From the NCBI RefSeq assembly GCF_001194135.2, contig NC_068988.1, positions 36,680,880 through 36,721,574 of the forward strand: a DNA stretch of 40,695 nt. The letters are read 5' to 3'. Source of the DNA: Octopus bimaculoides (lineage: Eukaryota). The notes under the pieces were generated by a model. The model had not been told where the DNA came from, searched no databases, and saw only the letters and a program-made list of their open reading frames with translations. Of this stretch, positions 12,973 through 26,488 are shown piece by piece; the first letter of the stretch is position 1; each line of letters begins with the position of its first letter. A program made the position numbers and the translations under genes.

Positions 12973-13628
12973 CTTACGAATTAATTATGAGTGGAAGACT
13001 ACGAATTAACTTGTTTATGTACACACATAAACACATACACATACACGCACATATATATATATATATATACGGGCACATTTATACAAGCAAATATATCTTT
13101 GTATATATGTTTTATATGTGTGTGTATATGTGCATGTATATGTATGNNNNNNNNNNNNNNNNNNNNNNNNNNNNNNNNNNNNNNNNNNNNNNNNNNNNNN
13201 NNNNNNNNNNNNNNNNNNNNNNNNNNNNNNNNNNNNNNNNNNNNNNNNNNNNNNNNNNNNNNNNNNNNNNNNNNNNNNNNNNNNNNNNNNNNNNNNNNNN
13301 NNNNNNNNNNNNNNNNNNNNNNNNNNNNNNNNNNNNNNNNNNNNNNTCTCTTTCTCCGATAGATTATACGATGTAAGGTTTTTTTTTTCTTTCTCGAACA
13401 TGATTTTCTCTATATCCATTATGAATAAGAAAATGCGTTTTTTGCATCCCCCCCCCACCCGTAAAAGATTCCTCTCTCTATTTTCATCGCACACATTTCT
13501 AATTGTTTGAAATTGCTATAGTTGTATCAAGTATATGACATCTCTTCGCACTTCCTGTTTTAGGCAAGTTAATGATGAAAGGAAAGGGAAGCACAAACGT
13601 AATGATATCATTTCTAGAAACGACTCAC

Positions 13629-13720
13629 GACAAATAGTATATAAATAAGTTGTAGATAATTTAAAATGTGTGTCAATATTGTTGAGAACTTAAAGGCAGC
13701 CTTTTCTTCAAAGATCAAAT
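13629..13720 (-). CDS. Candidate 92-nt exon A with hydrophobic helix (LIFEEKAAFKFSTILTHILNYLQLIYILFV)
   Basis: Acceptor tattcatttatacag and donor GTC|GTGAGT; only one frame is open. Confidence 0.4.
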
Positions 13721-13906
13721 CTGTATAAATGAATATACGCGTGATCGCATACACAGTGTATTGCCACATGCGCACACTTACACAAAGACACCTCCTCATA
13801 CACATAGACATAAACAGGGACATCCACGCCCATACATGCATACATACCTATAAGTCTACGTATAGTCATACACATATAAATGCATATATGTATATGCAGA
13901 GGAGGT

Positions 13907-13942
13907 GCACCAGCATGGCCGCAGTCACATGACTGAAACATA
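13907..13942 (+). mobile_element. 3' tail fragment of an octopus-type SINE/LINE
   Basis: gcaccagcatggccgcagtcacatgactgaaaca matches the tail of the SINE copies at 21550-21580 and 37120-37160. Confidence 0.7.
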
Positions 13943-14329
13943 TAAAATAATATATGCAAAAGTGTCTATATATGTACGCATATGTTTATGATCACTTTCC
14001 TGTTTGGGTCTCTACACACTTTTGCGTCTGGGGGAAAAGTTTATACAGGTTTGAGTGCTTTCTCTACAGCAATTATCACAGTAAAGGACTAAACATTACA
14101 CCTGACATAGTAACTGACGAGCAATTTATTCTTCTGGAAATGAGAAAACGAGAAGCTAATCACCACTGGCATTTGAACTCGGTATAAACCTTTTTCTATT
14201 TGGGCCTCTACAATGTTTGCATGAGAGGAAATCTTATAGAGGTCTGGTTGAAATATTGACGCTTCTCTCTGGAAATAATCAGAGTAAGGAACTAACCTAG
14301 CAAATGACTGGCCCTTTCTTCTCCTGGAA

Positions 14330-14425
14330 TAAGAACAGGCGACGTTAACCCTGCTGGTGTTTGAACTCGGAATATAAGGAATGCGCTAAACAGGTTTTAC
14401 CGACGCTGAAGTTATACTGCCAGCA
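14330..14425 (-). mobile_element. Old fragment of the tRNA-derived Meta-type SINE head
   Basis: tttgaactcggaatataag..cgctaaac..ccgacgctg..ctgccagc resembles 35880-35955. Confidence 0.55.
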
Positions 14426-14655
14426 AACGGCTGCCTTTGAGCGCAATCGAATAAGTGATTGATAATAAAATGCATTGTAAATATGTAGGCCAAGTAAGTT
14501 CTGACATGATCTTTTGTCCTGTACACCTAAACTTGCTTCAACACATCAAACAACACAAATATTAATATAATACGTACATTTGATTTTTATTCCCAGAAGC
14601 ACAATTCTACCGGTTTTTATGCTTTGTCAGCCTTGCAGGCAATATCAATTGAAGT

Positions 14656-14687
<32 letters not shown>

Positions 14688-15059
14688 NNNNNNNNNNNNN
14701 NNNNNNNNNNNNNNNNNNNNNNNNNNNNNNNNNNNNNNNNNNNNNNNNNNNNNNNNNNNNNNNNNNNNNNNNNNNNNNNNNNNNNNNNNNNNNNNNNNNN
14801 NNNNNNNNNNNNNNNNNNNNNNNNNNNNNNNNNNNNNNNNNNNNNNNNNNNNNNNNNNNNNNNNNNNNNNNNNNNNNNNNNNNNNNNNNNNNNNNNNNNN
14901 NNNNNNNNNNNNNNNNNNNNNNTATATATATATATATGACACATTTGTATGGATACGATCTACGCTTAACCACTCACAAACACACTCACTCACACACACA
15001 AACATACAATCAAATACATATATATGTATATATATGCGGATTATATATTAGCTATTAAG

Positions 15060-15074
15060 TAGATAAATAGATAA

Positions 15075-15137
<63 letters not shown>
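15060..15137. repeat. (GATA)n tetranucleotide microsatellite
   Basis: Read directly. Confidence 0.97.
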
Positions 15138-15138
<1 letters not shown>

Positions 15139-17320
15139 AGCTTCATTTTAGTTTCAAATTTCACCTCCTGATTCGGGATGCATCATCACTGACGTTTCAG
15201 TGGTCTCAGTCTTCCAACACCAGACCTCCTCGCCCATGAGTCCCAGCAGGTGTTGATAAATCCCACCTTGTATCCCAGGCAAATAAAAGATAAATACAAA
15301 AATTAAAGCAAAAACAGCACAAGTCAAGAGGGCGTACGTAGTGTATGTATCAGATTGCCCCTCTGTTTAAGATGGAAAAAGTTAGTGTTCCAGCATTGTT
15401 CTTCATCGAAAAAAAAGGGAAGAGATAATGAAACGAATAGTCCAAGAAAAGCACGTTATATGGCAGATATATAACCAATTAGTATGACAAAGCAATAGAC
15501 AATTATGATATGAACTTCATTAGCGTATAGCTAATTCTTCTATACAATGCAATGTATACATAGTTTAAGGCTTCAGTATCACCCTAGAGCTTCACAGATG
15601 CTTCTAACTTCAGGTTATTTCTATCGCAATGCTTTAGCGAAATATCAATATCAATATGAATGAGTGTGTATGTGTGTCTGTGCGTGTATATGTGTGTGTC
15701 TGCGTGTATTTGCGTGTGCATGTATGTTTGTGCGAGTATATGTGTGTGTGTATCTGTCTCTTGTCAATCGTTTAATGAATAATGGGGTCCCAGTTGAAAT
15801 TCTTTAAATTTTGTGCTGCCATAGTGTAATCATAGGGAGTCGCTTCTGTAGTACTCCATCGATAAATAACTGCACCGAGATGGTGAATTACACATATCTC
15901 ATACCTGTGGTATATGCGTTATAGATATACTTAGGACAAAAAAAATCACTATTTATGACAATAGTGTTACAATCGCAGTATCTACAGAACTGTCTAAAAT
16001 AGTCGTCTGAGACACTTCCTTGCTTCTTGATTTAAACATATGTACAAAAAAAATCCAGACCAAATGAACTTACGTACATACATATCCTGGCCACCTGGCT
16101 AACATTTTTAAAACGTATATCGCTAACTCTAGTAATACAATCTCCCACATCTTTTTATTTAAAAAAAATTTTGATGAGCCAACCTTTACCATAATAACAA
16201 TCTTCCAGGAGGTGAGTAACAAGCTGAAAAGAATCTATGCCTGGTTAATTAACATATTCAATTCAAAAATACGTTTAAGAGTGAATAAAATATCTAATCT
16301 ATAATCGTTTATCCGACAAAATATGTTTTGTTTTTCCTCTAACTCTTCTGTAATATAGACGTGATAAAAATCTACATATATAATCCAGCATTTCGTGTCT
16401 AAATTGCTGAAAAATAATTGAGTACATAGGGCAGGCTTCACGTCTGTTATTATTCCCATTCAATGCGGCAGAAGAGGAGTTGGTGCGATTAGATAGAAAT
16501 AGCGTTAAAATAATTAAAGAACAATGTGATTCTTTCAGTAAACAAAGCATCTAACTTTCTTTGTTGTTATAGATTTTATTAATTTTATGTATGCAAGCAT
16601 TTAAACCGATGTACATAAATGGCAAATTTTTGGAGATTACTTCGATTTATATATTACTGGCGCGCCGGTAGCGTATATTTTTCATGTTAGGCAATACTAA
16701 ATAATGAATCTATATAGTTAAAATGGCGAAGAGTATGGCAATTAATTAATATGAATTTATCACAGACTGTGCTGGGCTATAGTAGCTACGAAAGTGTATA
16801 CTATATCTATTTCTATCGTAGCATGTGATGCTGAAATCGGTATTGTCTTAAGTGTTTTAAATATTTTTAACTTTATCCTAATTAACAAATAGTTTCTCAT
16901 ATTTACATACATATGAAGTCATTTACCTTTATATATTCGGCTCACGATTCCCGACAGCACCTTGAGTACTTGAGTAACACACTTTATTTAACGTCACTCC
17001 AATCCACTCAGCTGGAAATATAATCTATTGAGGAGAAAAAAAGATATCACTTTTAGTAGAGGAGACAGTATTATTACGGAAAGACACAAACTCACACACA
17101 CATATCCATATTTATACGTATATGTTTGTATATGTCCATGCATATACACACGCAAACATATATGCGTGTTTGCGTAAGTGTAATATGTGTGCTTCCATTT
17201 CAGTGAATGTATTCTCTTATCTCTGTCTATTACTTTCTTTATTGGCGAAAGATTTCAAAAAGCTTTCAGTTTTATGTTTTAAGATTTCGAAATTAGGAAC
17301 TAAATATCCGATGTTCCTTG

Positions 17321-17376
17321 TACGTTGCATGTTTATACGTTATACGTTGCATGCTTATACGTTATACGTTGCATAC
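17321..17376. repeat. 22-bp minisatellite, ~2.5 copies
   Basis: Unit tacgttgcatg(t/c)ttatacgtta. Confidence 0.85.
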
Positions 17377-18416
17377 TTTTCTCTTGTATGTTGCATACTT
17401 ATAAATATTTTTGTAAGGGGTGGGGGATAATAATGCTTAAATAGTACCTAGTGCCCGAAGGTTAATGCACACGATCAGTGTGCATCCATAAATATAATAT
17501 TTGATATTTAACCCGTCTCCCTGCAAGTATATATGTATACTTTTATTTGTTTGGCATCTTTATAGAACGTGAGAAATGCATGCAGTTAAGAATCCATTCA
17601 GATTGACAGTACAAATATAATGACTTCGCTTCATAAAATCTAATATTCAAGCTGGGTTGCTATCCGTAAAATCCACAACCTAGAAATATCACAGATAAAT
17701 TATAGAAATGAACTGAAAATAAATATCGTGGACAGAAGTGAACTAGGTACACCAATATACAATTATCTGTTAGCAAATAGATGCATGTGGTCATTAAATA
17801 TTTACGTCTATATTTGGGTATAAGTATTTGTGACTGATTAAATATATGTGTACATGTCTGTTTGTTTATATACCACAATCTAATATGCATAAACAGGTAT
17901 AACACTATTTGTTTGTTTAAATGTGTGCGTAGTTATATTTGCAAATATGTGTGTGTGAGTGAAATTTTACTTCGTTTCTCTATAAGTACTAGGTTTTGTA
18001 AGTAATGTTTCGTTTCCAGCTTTTGTGTAAAGTACAGCGAAACCTCAAAATCGCCCACTTTGATGTATTCAAGTACTTTGGGCATTTGTTGCTTTTTCTA
18101 CACTTTCAGAAGAATTAAATAATTACATTATTTTATTCCATCAGTAGTAATTAATTATTGCTACTCTCTTCTGAAGTATAGTCTCACTTCCGTTAAGCCA
18201 AGAGCAAATGTATATACAAAATACATATACTAAAACATTGACATAGGCATGCGTATAATTCTAGCAACACAGACTTGCTGGTAAAACAACGCAGAATCTT
18301 GTTCAAACAAGCAGACACGCATACATTCAAACACAGATGAAGTAAACTTCAACGCATGCAAGCATTTTACAGTTCTCTTAGATTTGTTACGATCATCAAT
18401 AAAGCAAGTGTGTGTA

Positions 18417-18489
<73 letters not shown>

Positions 18490-20078
18490 NNNNNNNNNNN
18501 NNNNNNNNNNNNNNNNNNNNNNNNNNNNNNNNNNNNNNNNNNNNNNNNNNNNNNNNNNNNNNNNNNNNNNNNNNNNNNNNNNNNNNNNNNNNNNNNNNNN
18601 NNNNNNNNNNNNNNNNNNNNNNNNNNNNNNNNNNNNNNNNNNNNNNNNNNNNNNNNNNNNNNNNNNNNNNNNNNNNNNNNNNNNNNNNNNNNNNNNNNNN
18701 NNNNNNNNNNNNNNNNNNNNNNNNNNNNNNNNNNNNNNNNNNNNNNNNNNNNNNNNNNNNNNNNNNNNNNNNNNNNNNNNNNNNNNNNNNNCCCCCCATT
18801 CTTAGAATATTTACTTTTCGGAGTTTTCTTTTCTGAATTCTAATTCGTTTCTGTGGTTTAGTTCACAAAAATATAGGGTATTTAAACTGAATAATCTCTT
18901 TCTATTAATTACATATGAAATCATATTTTAGTAGCTAATTAAAATATATTTTTAGATATATAGTCATTTGAACTGTTACAATATGGAAAGTATGCATAGC
19001 ATTGTCACTTTTACTATCATGTTTATCTCAACGATATTCTGAACTAAATAATCATGATATCTTCGAAATTTCCCATTTGAATTCCATAACAATATAAAAT
19101 TTGTAGTTTATAATATGAGAATAGTATACAATTGTGTAATGTCATGAACTATGTGTTTATTCCTCTGGAAGGGTAGATGTGTAGAAGTAAAAATTCCAGC
19201 TGAAAGCTATCAAGATTATGAATGTTTTGATAGATATTTTTTAGCAGCGGTTGTCATCAATAAAAAATAATATTTCATTGAGTTGAGGGAAATTTTCATT
19301 TCCTTATTTTCTGTAGGTGTTCTCATGAGGTTTTCGACAATTTCTAATACAAAACAATCAAAATTTGTCTCAAATGATTTTTCTTTGTATTTTTTGGCGT
19401 TGAAGAAGTTTTAGCGAGATATTCGAAGAAAATCCTATTTAAATAATTGTAACTAGCCTACACAGTAATCAAGCAACTATCAATGTATTGATTATTTTCT
19501 CCTCACGAACAGAGTGAAGGAAAATCTAACGGGATATGAATATTTTCAAATGAACTGATGCCTGTTTACTATATAATTCGAGTTATTCCTACAACTGTAG
19601 TTTAGTTCAGTCGGTGAATTCGAAGCTTGTAACCCAGTGTGTTAAAGTTATAATCTGTTAATTTTGCTAATGAAGTGACACCTTAGCATATACATACATT
19701 GAAAATTTATATGTAAGTTAATAGATAAGCTAGATACTTCTTAAATATTTATAAAATTGGTAACTTAATTATACTTAATTTGGAAAATATATTTACAAAA
19801 TTTAGATAATAAAATGAAACCATTTCTAAGTATGAATTTAGATTTACTTTTTGAGAGAGATATTAGCATATCCGATGGTGCCTATCACTCAAGTCAATAC
19901 CAATACTGGTTTTATTTGCAGATATTATTTGGTGTTGCGAATAATATCTCCAATGAATACGTTAATGAGAAAATGCTGAGGGGGTTGTTGCAAGAATTTT
20001 AAGAGAAATAAAATTTTCCAGATTGCAATTCTATACTCATATGTTCACTCTCCATGTTTAGGCATCATTACAGTCGCG

Positions 20079-20090
20079 TGCGCGTGCGCA
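20079..20090. promoter_or_regulatory. NRF1/Ewg-type motif (TGCGCACGCGCA on the minus strand)
   Basis: Matches YGCGCAYGCGCR within a small CpG-rich spot in AT-rich DNA. Confidence 0.3.
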
Positions 20091-21389
20091 GGGCCATGCT
20101 AAACATGCACTCAATCAATTTTTGCTTCTAGATAGAACTTGATTGGAAATCATCTAACTGCGTTTCAATATCTTTTAAATCCAACCACTCAAACACATTT
20201 AATTTTACATGAACATTTTATTATTCCTTTTAAATTTCTTAATTGCTCAAATCTAGAAGAAAAATATTCACTGGGTTATAGCCTTTAAAACTTCTATAAA
20301 GTATGTTGTGTATGAAGCTGGAGTCAGTTACTTTAAATATCTTTCACCCTCGAGAAATATGTGAAACGCTGAAACATTTAAATATGTTTAGCCACAAATT
20401 TTTGATCAATCTAAATGTCACAGCGGTGCATTATCCAGAATACTGCAACACTATTGTGGCTTATAAACTTATTTTGCTGTGAGAAAACAACTTCATACTT
20501 TTCTTATTTAAAAAGAACCTAATTGTATATAATCTTTCATAAAGTATATTAACTAATTGACCACGATTCAAACACTGCACAAACTCAAGCAAACCTCTCG
20601 AAATAGTTTGAAATGAACATAAATGTAACCTTGCATTTCGTTTCTACAGACACTAGCAACTATGAGGAAGATATCTTTCATCTTTGAAAACCATTTTGCA
20701 TTAGGTCTTGATATATAACGCAAAAGGAAAGAAAATAGCGAATGATGAAATTCATTAATTTGATTTACAAACCGAACTTTTGATATGAGGCACCACTGTC
20801 ATAGCCAAAAAATGTTTTTCGCAAATGTATTTGATTTTCCTGAAACATATTACTGACAAAATTGCTAATGCATCCGTAAAATCATAATGCAATGAAAGCT
20901 AGGCGTGCAGAGGAAATAATACACGTGATGTAATCAAGACAAAAACGAAGTAGTCTTAAGAATTGAAACGTCCTCCAATTTGAATTCGTGTTTAAATTTA
21001 TTATCGTAATTTTCATTATTACTATATTACTGCGTGTTAGTATATAATGCACACCTATTATAATACACAACTTTTTATAAAAATTTGTATTTTTACCAAT
21101 TATGCACATACAGCAAAGAGATTAATTTACCATGATCGGCCATAATGTGTGGAGCACTAGAATTTAAATAAGTGTTGTGATCCAGAGTGATCCTGTTTAG
21201 GATGTATGTATATGTATGTGTGTGCATATATATATGCGTGTATATCTATCTATCTATATATGTGTATGTGTGTGTATATATATATGTATGTATATATATA
21301 TATATATGTATGTATGTATGTATANNNNNNNNNNTATATATATATATACATATACTGTACATATATTATGTATGTGTGTACTTATCTTT

Positions 21390-21592
21390 GTGTGTGAGTT
21401 TGCTTCCCCTACCACATAAAAACGATGTCAATTTGTTTACAAAATCTACCCTAGTGGTTCGGCAAAATGTACCCACAAATTAAAAGCGAGGTTTAAAAAT
21501 AAATTCTGTGGTCGATTTTGTCGACTAAGGCTCTCCGAGACGTCGCTCCAGCATGGCTGTAATCTATTGTCTGAAACAAGACAAAAGTAAAA
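21390..21592 (+). mobile_element. 3' half of an octopus-type tRNA-derived SINE
   Basis: tagtggttcggcaaaa..ggtcgattttgtcgactaagg..gctccagcatggc..ctgaaacaag..agtaaaa, homologous to the reverse complement of 37104-37290. Confidence 0.8.
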
Positions 21593-23149
21593 TATACCTC
21601 TTTTGCGTTCCAAGTTCTACCCATAAGGATCGTTTCACACAATATACTAAGAGCTTTATTACATTTATCGACAATATCATAATTCAATGAGCTAATATTT
21701 GATCTACTTAATTTTTATGGTAATTTGAGGGGATTTTTAAGAAACTGATGCCGCTGTTATTCTGCCGAGGAAAGCTGTATCGTGCACTTGTCAAATCGTG
21801 TTAGCCTGCACAGTCGGCCAATGAATTGTTAATTCGTTAACTTCTAAATAAAAAAAATAAGTTGTAACTAAGAAATAAGTTGTAATATAAAGTGTCGCAT
21901 CATTTGATAATAGCAAATAATTCAGATTAATGTTTGCAATTTTAAAAATTACGTGTCAAATACAGCGAGATTTTTATGACAAGAAAAAAGTCCATTGCGT
22001 GTCACTTAAAAACTTTGATTATATCACAAGTGACATGACTGTCGAAGTTTTGCCAATACTGATTTAATCACATATTATTTTCTTTCAATTCATTAATAAT
22101 AGTCTTATAATTTCTATTTTGTTCCTTGTATATGTGTGTGACACCTGGCGTATTGTGATACTAATATATGCATAGGAGTGGAATGGTAGAAAAGATGAAC
22201 TGGAGAACAAAATACCTTGCATTATTTAATTGCATTCCGTAAGGCTCCTTGTTCACATCTTACGCTATCAACTTCGAGTTTCATATTATGAGAAATTGAA
22301 GTATTCATGTCTTCTCTTTAATACAAGAAGTTATGCGGTTATGTTACATTCTTATATACTGTGCTTGAGTGTTTTTGCTTTTATTGCATTATCTAGCAAT
22401 TACTCAGCAATCTATCAATCCATCCTCTCTTGCTCTCTCTCTTCATCTCTCCTTTTCTCTTGCCTACACTCTTTCTCTTTCTCAATCTCTTTCTCTCTTT
22501 CTTTGTCTCTTTCCCTCTCTCCCCATATATAGTTATATGTATATAGCGAGAGAGAGACAGACAAAGACAGACAGAGATACACATAAAGTCTAGCATATAT
22601 TAGGTATACCAAAGGGTAACGTCGTTGTTTCAAGGACACACTCTGACATCCTAGCACACATAGTTTACTAGGAGATAAAGGATGCGCTTGCAATCAACTT
22701 ATCAACCTAAATTTATTATCCAAACGTTAATGTTGATACGCGCCATATATGTATATACTGTATCTGATAGTCTATGATATTCAAGGACTTTAATGAACTT
22801 AATATTCAGCCTTGCATGCTTTATGAATTCGTAAGAGCAACAGTGCAATGCATGTAAGGGAAAAGGCATACGTACTATATATCCTGATAGTGTGAGTAAT
22901 AGAAAATTGCGGATTAAAAAAAATTGAAAATGGTGGCTTCTATTTTTTGAGTTGGTATCGATTAGGGGAAAATTATACACTCAATAAAGACTCACTGAAA
23001 ATTAAAAGTGACTAGAATCCTAGTCGAAGTATCGGAGACATATTGAAGACGTCCCCTCAGTAGGGCTGGAAATTATATGGAGACGGGAAGTCGGTAACTA
23101 AACCTGCAACTCTACATCCAGCGTGGAAAACAAAAGAAAAGAAAAAATA

Positions 23150-24590
23150 CATTACTTTGGGGAACTCGAACACACTCATTACTTGCCAGAGTTACCACTA
23201 TCAGATTTTCTCTTATTTAGGTGAATTAAACAGTTTACCAGGAGCTATCTTCATTTGAACATTCCACTGGTATTCCTTTTTATTATGAGTGGCTATGGAT
23301 CGTACCATATTGTGGGTTTTTATATCCTTGTCCTCGGGATCATCCTTCCGACGGATTTCATTATGTAATATCCTACCTACAACATCATGCCTCATCCATA
23401 AATAATAACGTGATGACATTTTCGGACAACTGTTTATGATGTGGGTGATATCTTCACTGTCAACTCCAGAAACTCTGCATCTGTTGTCACATTTTGCTGG
23501 TTTTCCCTCATCCCTATTCCTTTTGTGTATTAGGTACTTGGTTGACATTTCTTGTTCCTGGATTGCAAACGCATTCCCTTCAATCCGTCTATTGGTCCAT
23601 GATAAACTGCTTTGATGATCGGAGTTACTATCATCCCAGTGCTTTCTACTAACATATCCATGGACAGTCTTCTGCTTATACAGGCGCATCCTTTCATCTG
23701 ATGATACGTTGTGGTAGAGTCGTGCGACCTCTTTGTGCATGTATTCTAGGTTATCAGACACAGAGTGTTGCGCAAGGAGCTGCTTCCCAAATCTCATGAT
23801 GTTATCAGCCTTTATGTATGCAAATTTGATGAAAGGATGAACTCCGACTCTTGGTGGTTAAAATATATTGCTGAAGGGATATGATGCGACTTTCAAAGGC
23901 ATTTTTGAGTGATGCTAAGCTTCTGCCGCTCTGTTTTCGTTTTAGGTCTACGTCACTGTATATGTGGAAATTATGTGTACTTGTTAGCCACTGTTTTATT
24001 GAATGCAGAGAGTTCTGAGGTTCAAATTTTCTTTATTCGGCTGTAATATTCTTTAGTGACACGTGTTTAGTTACAGGTGTCATTGTAAGATATATATTCA
24101 TCCACCACTAGATACTTGTAACATTCCTCGTTAGATACAGAGGAAACAGTCAAATCATTGATGGAGATGTTACTACACTGCTTTATAATTTCCCCCCTTT
24201 TCACAACTATAAAGCAACATTTATCCTGACCAAACTCCAGCCTTATATCTTTTGAGAATGTTGTAAATAATTCAAGGCTCTTTATCATCAAATGCATAAA
24301 CTTAGCATAAATTTTTAAGTCATCCACAAAGAAACTGTGTAATGTTGGTATTTCTGTTTCCACGTGAACCAGTGAGGTATCCTTCAAACTTCTTTAACAT
24401 GAATGACAAAGGATTTACAGAAAGTATAAACAACATCACAGAGAGGTTGTCTCTTTGGAATATGCCTTTGCGATACTGTATTCTATCGGTGAAAATACAG
24501 TCATTCTTTGTGTCTAATTTCAAGATGCTGGTCCACGATGGATTCAAGTCACCTATGGCTTTGACTATTCACACTGGAACTTTAACAAGT
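23150..24590 (-). mobile_element. 5'-truncated R4/Dong-type LINE relic (RT C-terminal half plus Zn-knuckle)
   Basis: RKGIFQRDNLSVMLFILSVNPLSF; FVDDLKIYA; FGQDKC; YKYL; CRVSGVDSEDITHIINSCPKM..MRHDVV. Confidence 0.92.
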
Positions 24591-25431
24591 ATGTATGTAT
24601 GTATGTATGTATGTAATCCTTTTGGTGAAGATGAAACTTTACAAACTTTTCATTTTTTCCGTTAGTCGAGAGATAAAAATAAATAGAATTTTGGATAAAT
24701 TCGGGATAAAATCGTTTAATTTGGGATATTTTACAATCAGGACAGGTTTTCTTTACCTAGTTAACTAAACCAGAATTGAAACGAAAATCTACTTTGTTGA
24801 ATATATAATCATTGTGTACAATAACTAGGTCAGACAAGGAGCGTAGTTATAAACGAAGCAAATTGCATACTATATAAATCTATTAAGGGAACAATTTATA
24901 ACTTCGTCATATATTTGTGCATTTGTACACCATTTTAGCTACTATTTCACAGCAAACGCTTTTTTTCCCTCTCAGTACTTCCTGCCTTCTTCTTAACCAA
25001 ATCATTTTCACTTCCCATTAAATACATGTTTTATGCTATTTTGTAAACCTTTTTCTTTATGAAATAATTTTGTTAGGCACTTAACCTATATGAATCCCTT
25101 ATGCTAATTTATTCTCAGCAATTTTTCTCCGGTCACGGCTTTTCTTAATCGTACGGATATCGGAAGCGAAGAACAAAGTAAATAGCATTCGGAAATAAAA
25201 ACTTCCAATATAGAGATGATGTACATTTCCACATTTAGATAATGTACAACTCCACATTCTATTGTGAATACTGTCTTTTCTCCGTGTACATCGATGTGTT
25301 TATATATAGAAACACACACACACACACACGCGCGAACGCACACGCGCGCGCACACATACGCACACACTCACACACATACATATATGGACTTACATGTAAA
25401 TGCATACATACCCATATATATATATATATAC

Positions 25432-25467
<36 letters not shown>

Positions 25468-25839
25468 NNNNNNNNNNNNNNNNNNNNNNNNNNNNNNNNN
25501 NNNNNNNNNNNNNNNNNNNNNNNNNNNNNNNNNNNNNNNNNNNNNNNNNNNNNNNNNNNNNNNNNNNNNNNNNNNNNNNNNNNNNNNNNNNNNNNNNNNN
25601 NNNNNNNNNNNNNNNNNNNNNNNNNNNNNNNNNNNNNNNNNNNNNNNNNNNNNNNNNNNNNNNNNNNNNNNNNNNNNNNNNNNNNNNNNNNNNNNNNNNN
25701 NNNNNNNNNNNNNNNNNNNNNNNNNNNNNNNNNNNNNNNNNNNNNNNNNNNNNNNNNNNNNNNNNNNNNNNNNNNNNNNNNNNNNNNNNNNNNNNNNNNN
25801 NNNNNNNNNNNNNNNNNNNNNNNNNNNNNNNNNNNNNNN

Positions 25840-25901
<62 letters not shown>

Positions 25902-25904
25902 TAC

Positions 25905-26290
25905 ACGTATGTATAATGTGGTAAATTTTCATGTGTATGAAACAACACGTTCTGTCAATTATTTTTATATATCTTGTTTCGGCTAAAACTGGACAGCCAA
26001 AAATAATGTGATTGATTGTCTCTTCACACACTCCACATATTCTGCTACTGCGTTTTGTATTATATATATTTTCGTTATATGTTTTGGTAGTTTCTCGACT
26101 CCATAGCTTGTGAAACACAATTCTCTTTTTTTATCTCATTCCGCTTTGCCAATTTTTGTCAGTTATTAGCCATGTAAGGTTTTGGTTGCCAATGTGTCGG
26201 CACAATAACTTACAATACCAGTTTTAATTAATTTGTTTAAAAATAATGTACGTTGCTGTATCTCATTTCCATCTTTGATCTTAGTCTCTG
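25905..26290 (-). mobile_element. R4/Dong-type LINE fragment (Zn-knuckle region)
   Basis: SRICGVCEETINHIIFGCPVLAETRYI..DRTCCFIHMK. Confidence 0.85.
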
Positions 26291-26375
26291 ATTTTTATTT
26301 GTTGTCATCTGTGAGACAGAACTTTTTTGTGTTTTTCGTGTACTTTACAATTACTTTTTTTCGTAATACGCATTA

Positions 26376-26435
<60 letters not shown>

Positions 26436-26439
26436 CATT

Positions 26440-26486
<47 letters not shown>

Positions 26487-26488
26487 TA
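26376..26488. repeat. Compound microsatellite (TTA)n then (TCA)n
   Basis: Read directly. Confidence 0.96.

Noticed and set aside
12920-13720. P2X receptor TM1 identity for exons A and B
   Set aside because: Superficial LQL..Y(K/R) resemblance only; the KGYQ and YxTxK motifs and a matching exon phase are lacking.
17465-17485. 8-bp stem hairpin atgcacac-gatca-gtgtgcat
   Set aside because: Short and expected by chance in CA/TG-rich DNA.
18032-18065. TA-CAGCGAAACCTC resembling a pogo/Tigger TIR
   Set aside because: No matching opposite TIR or transposase found.
20085-20102. Minus-strand TTAGCATGGCCCTGCGCA resembling U6 snRNA
   Set aside because: Only ~18 nt with a deletion; flanking U6 sequence (ACAGAGA box, 3' stem) is absent.
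20303-20482. 59-aa plus-strand ORF with faint resemblance to a hAT C-terminal region
   Set aside because: No SxxxERxFS motif, no TIRs and no splice support.
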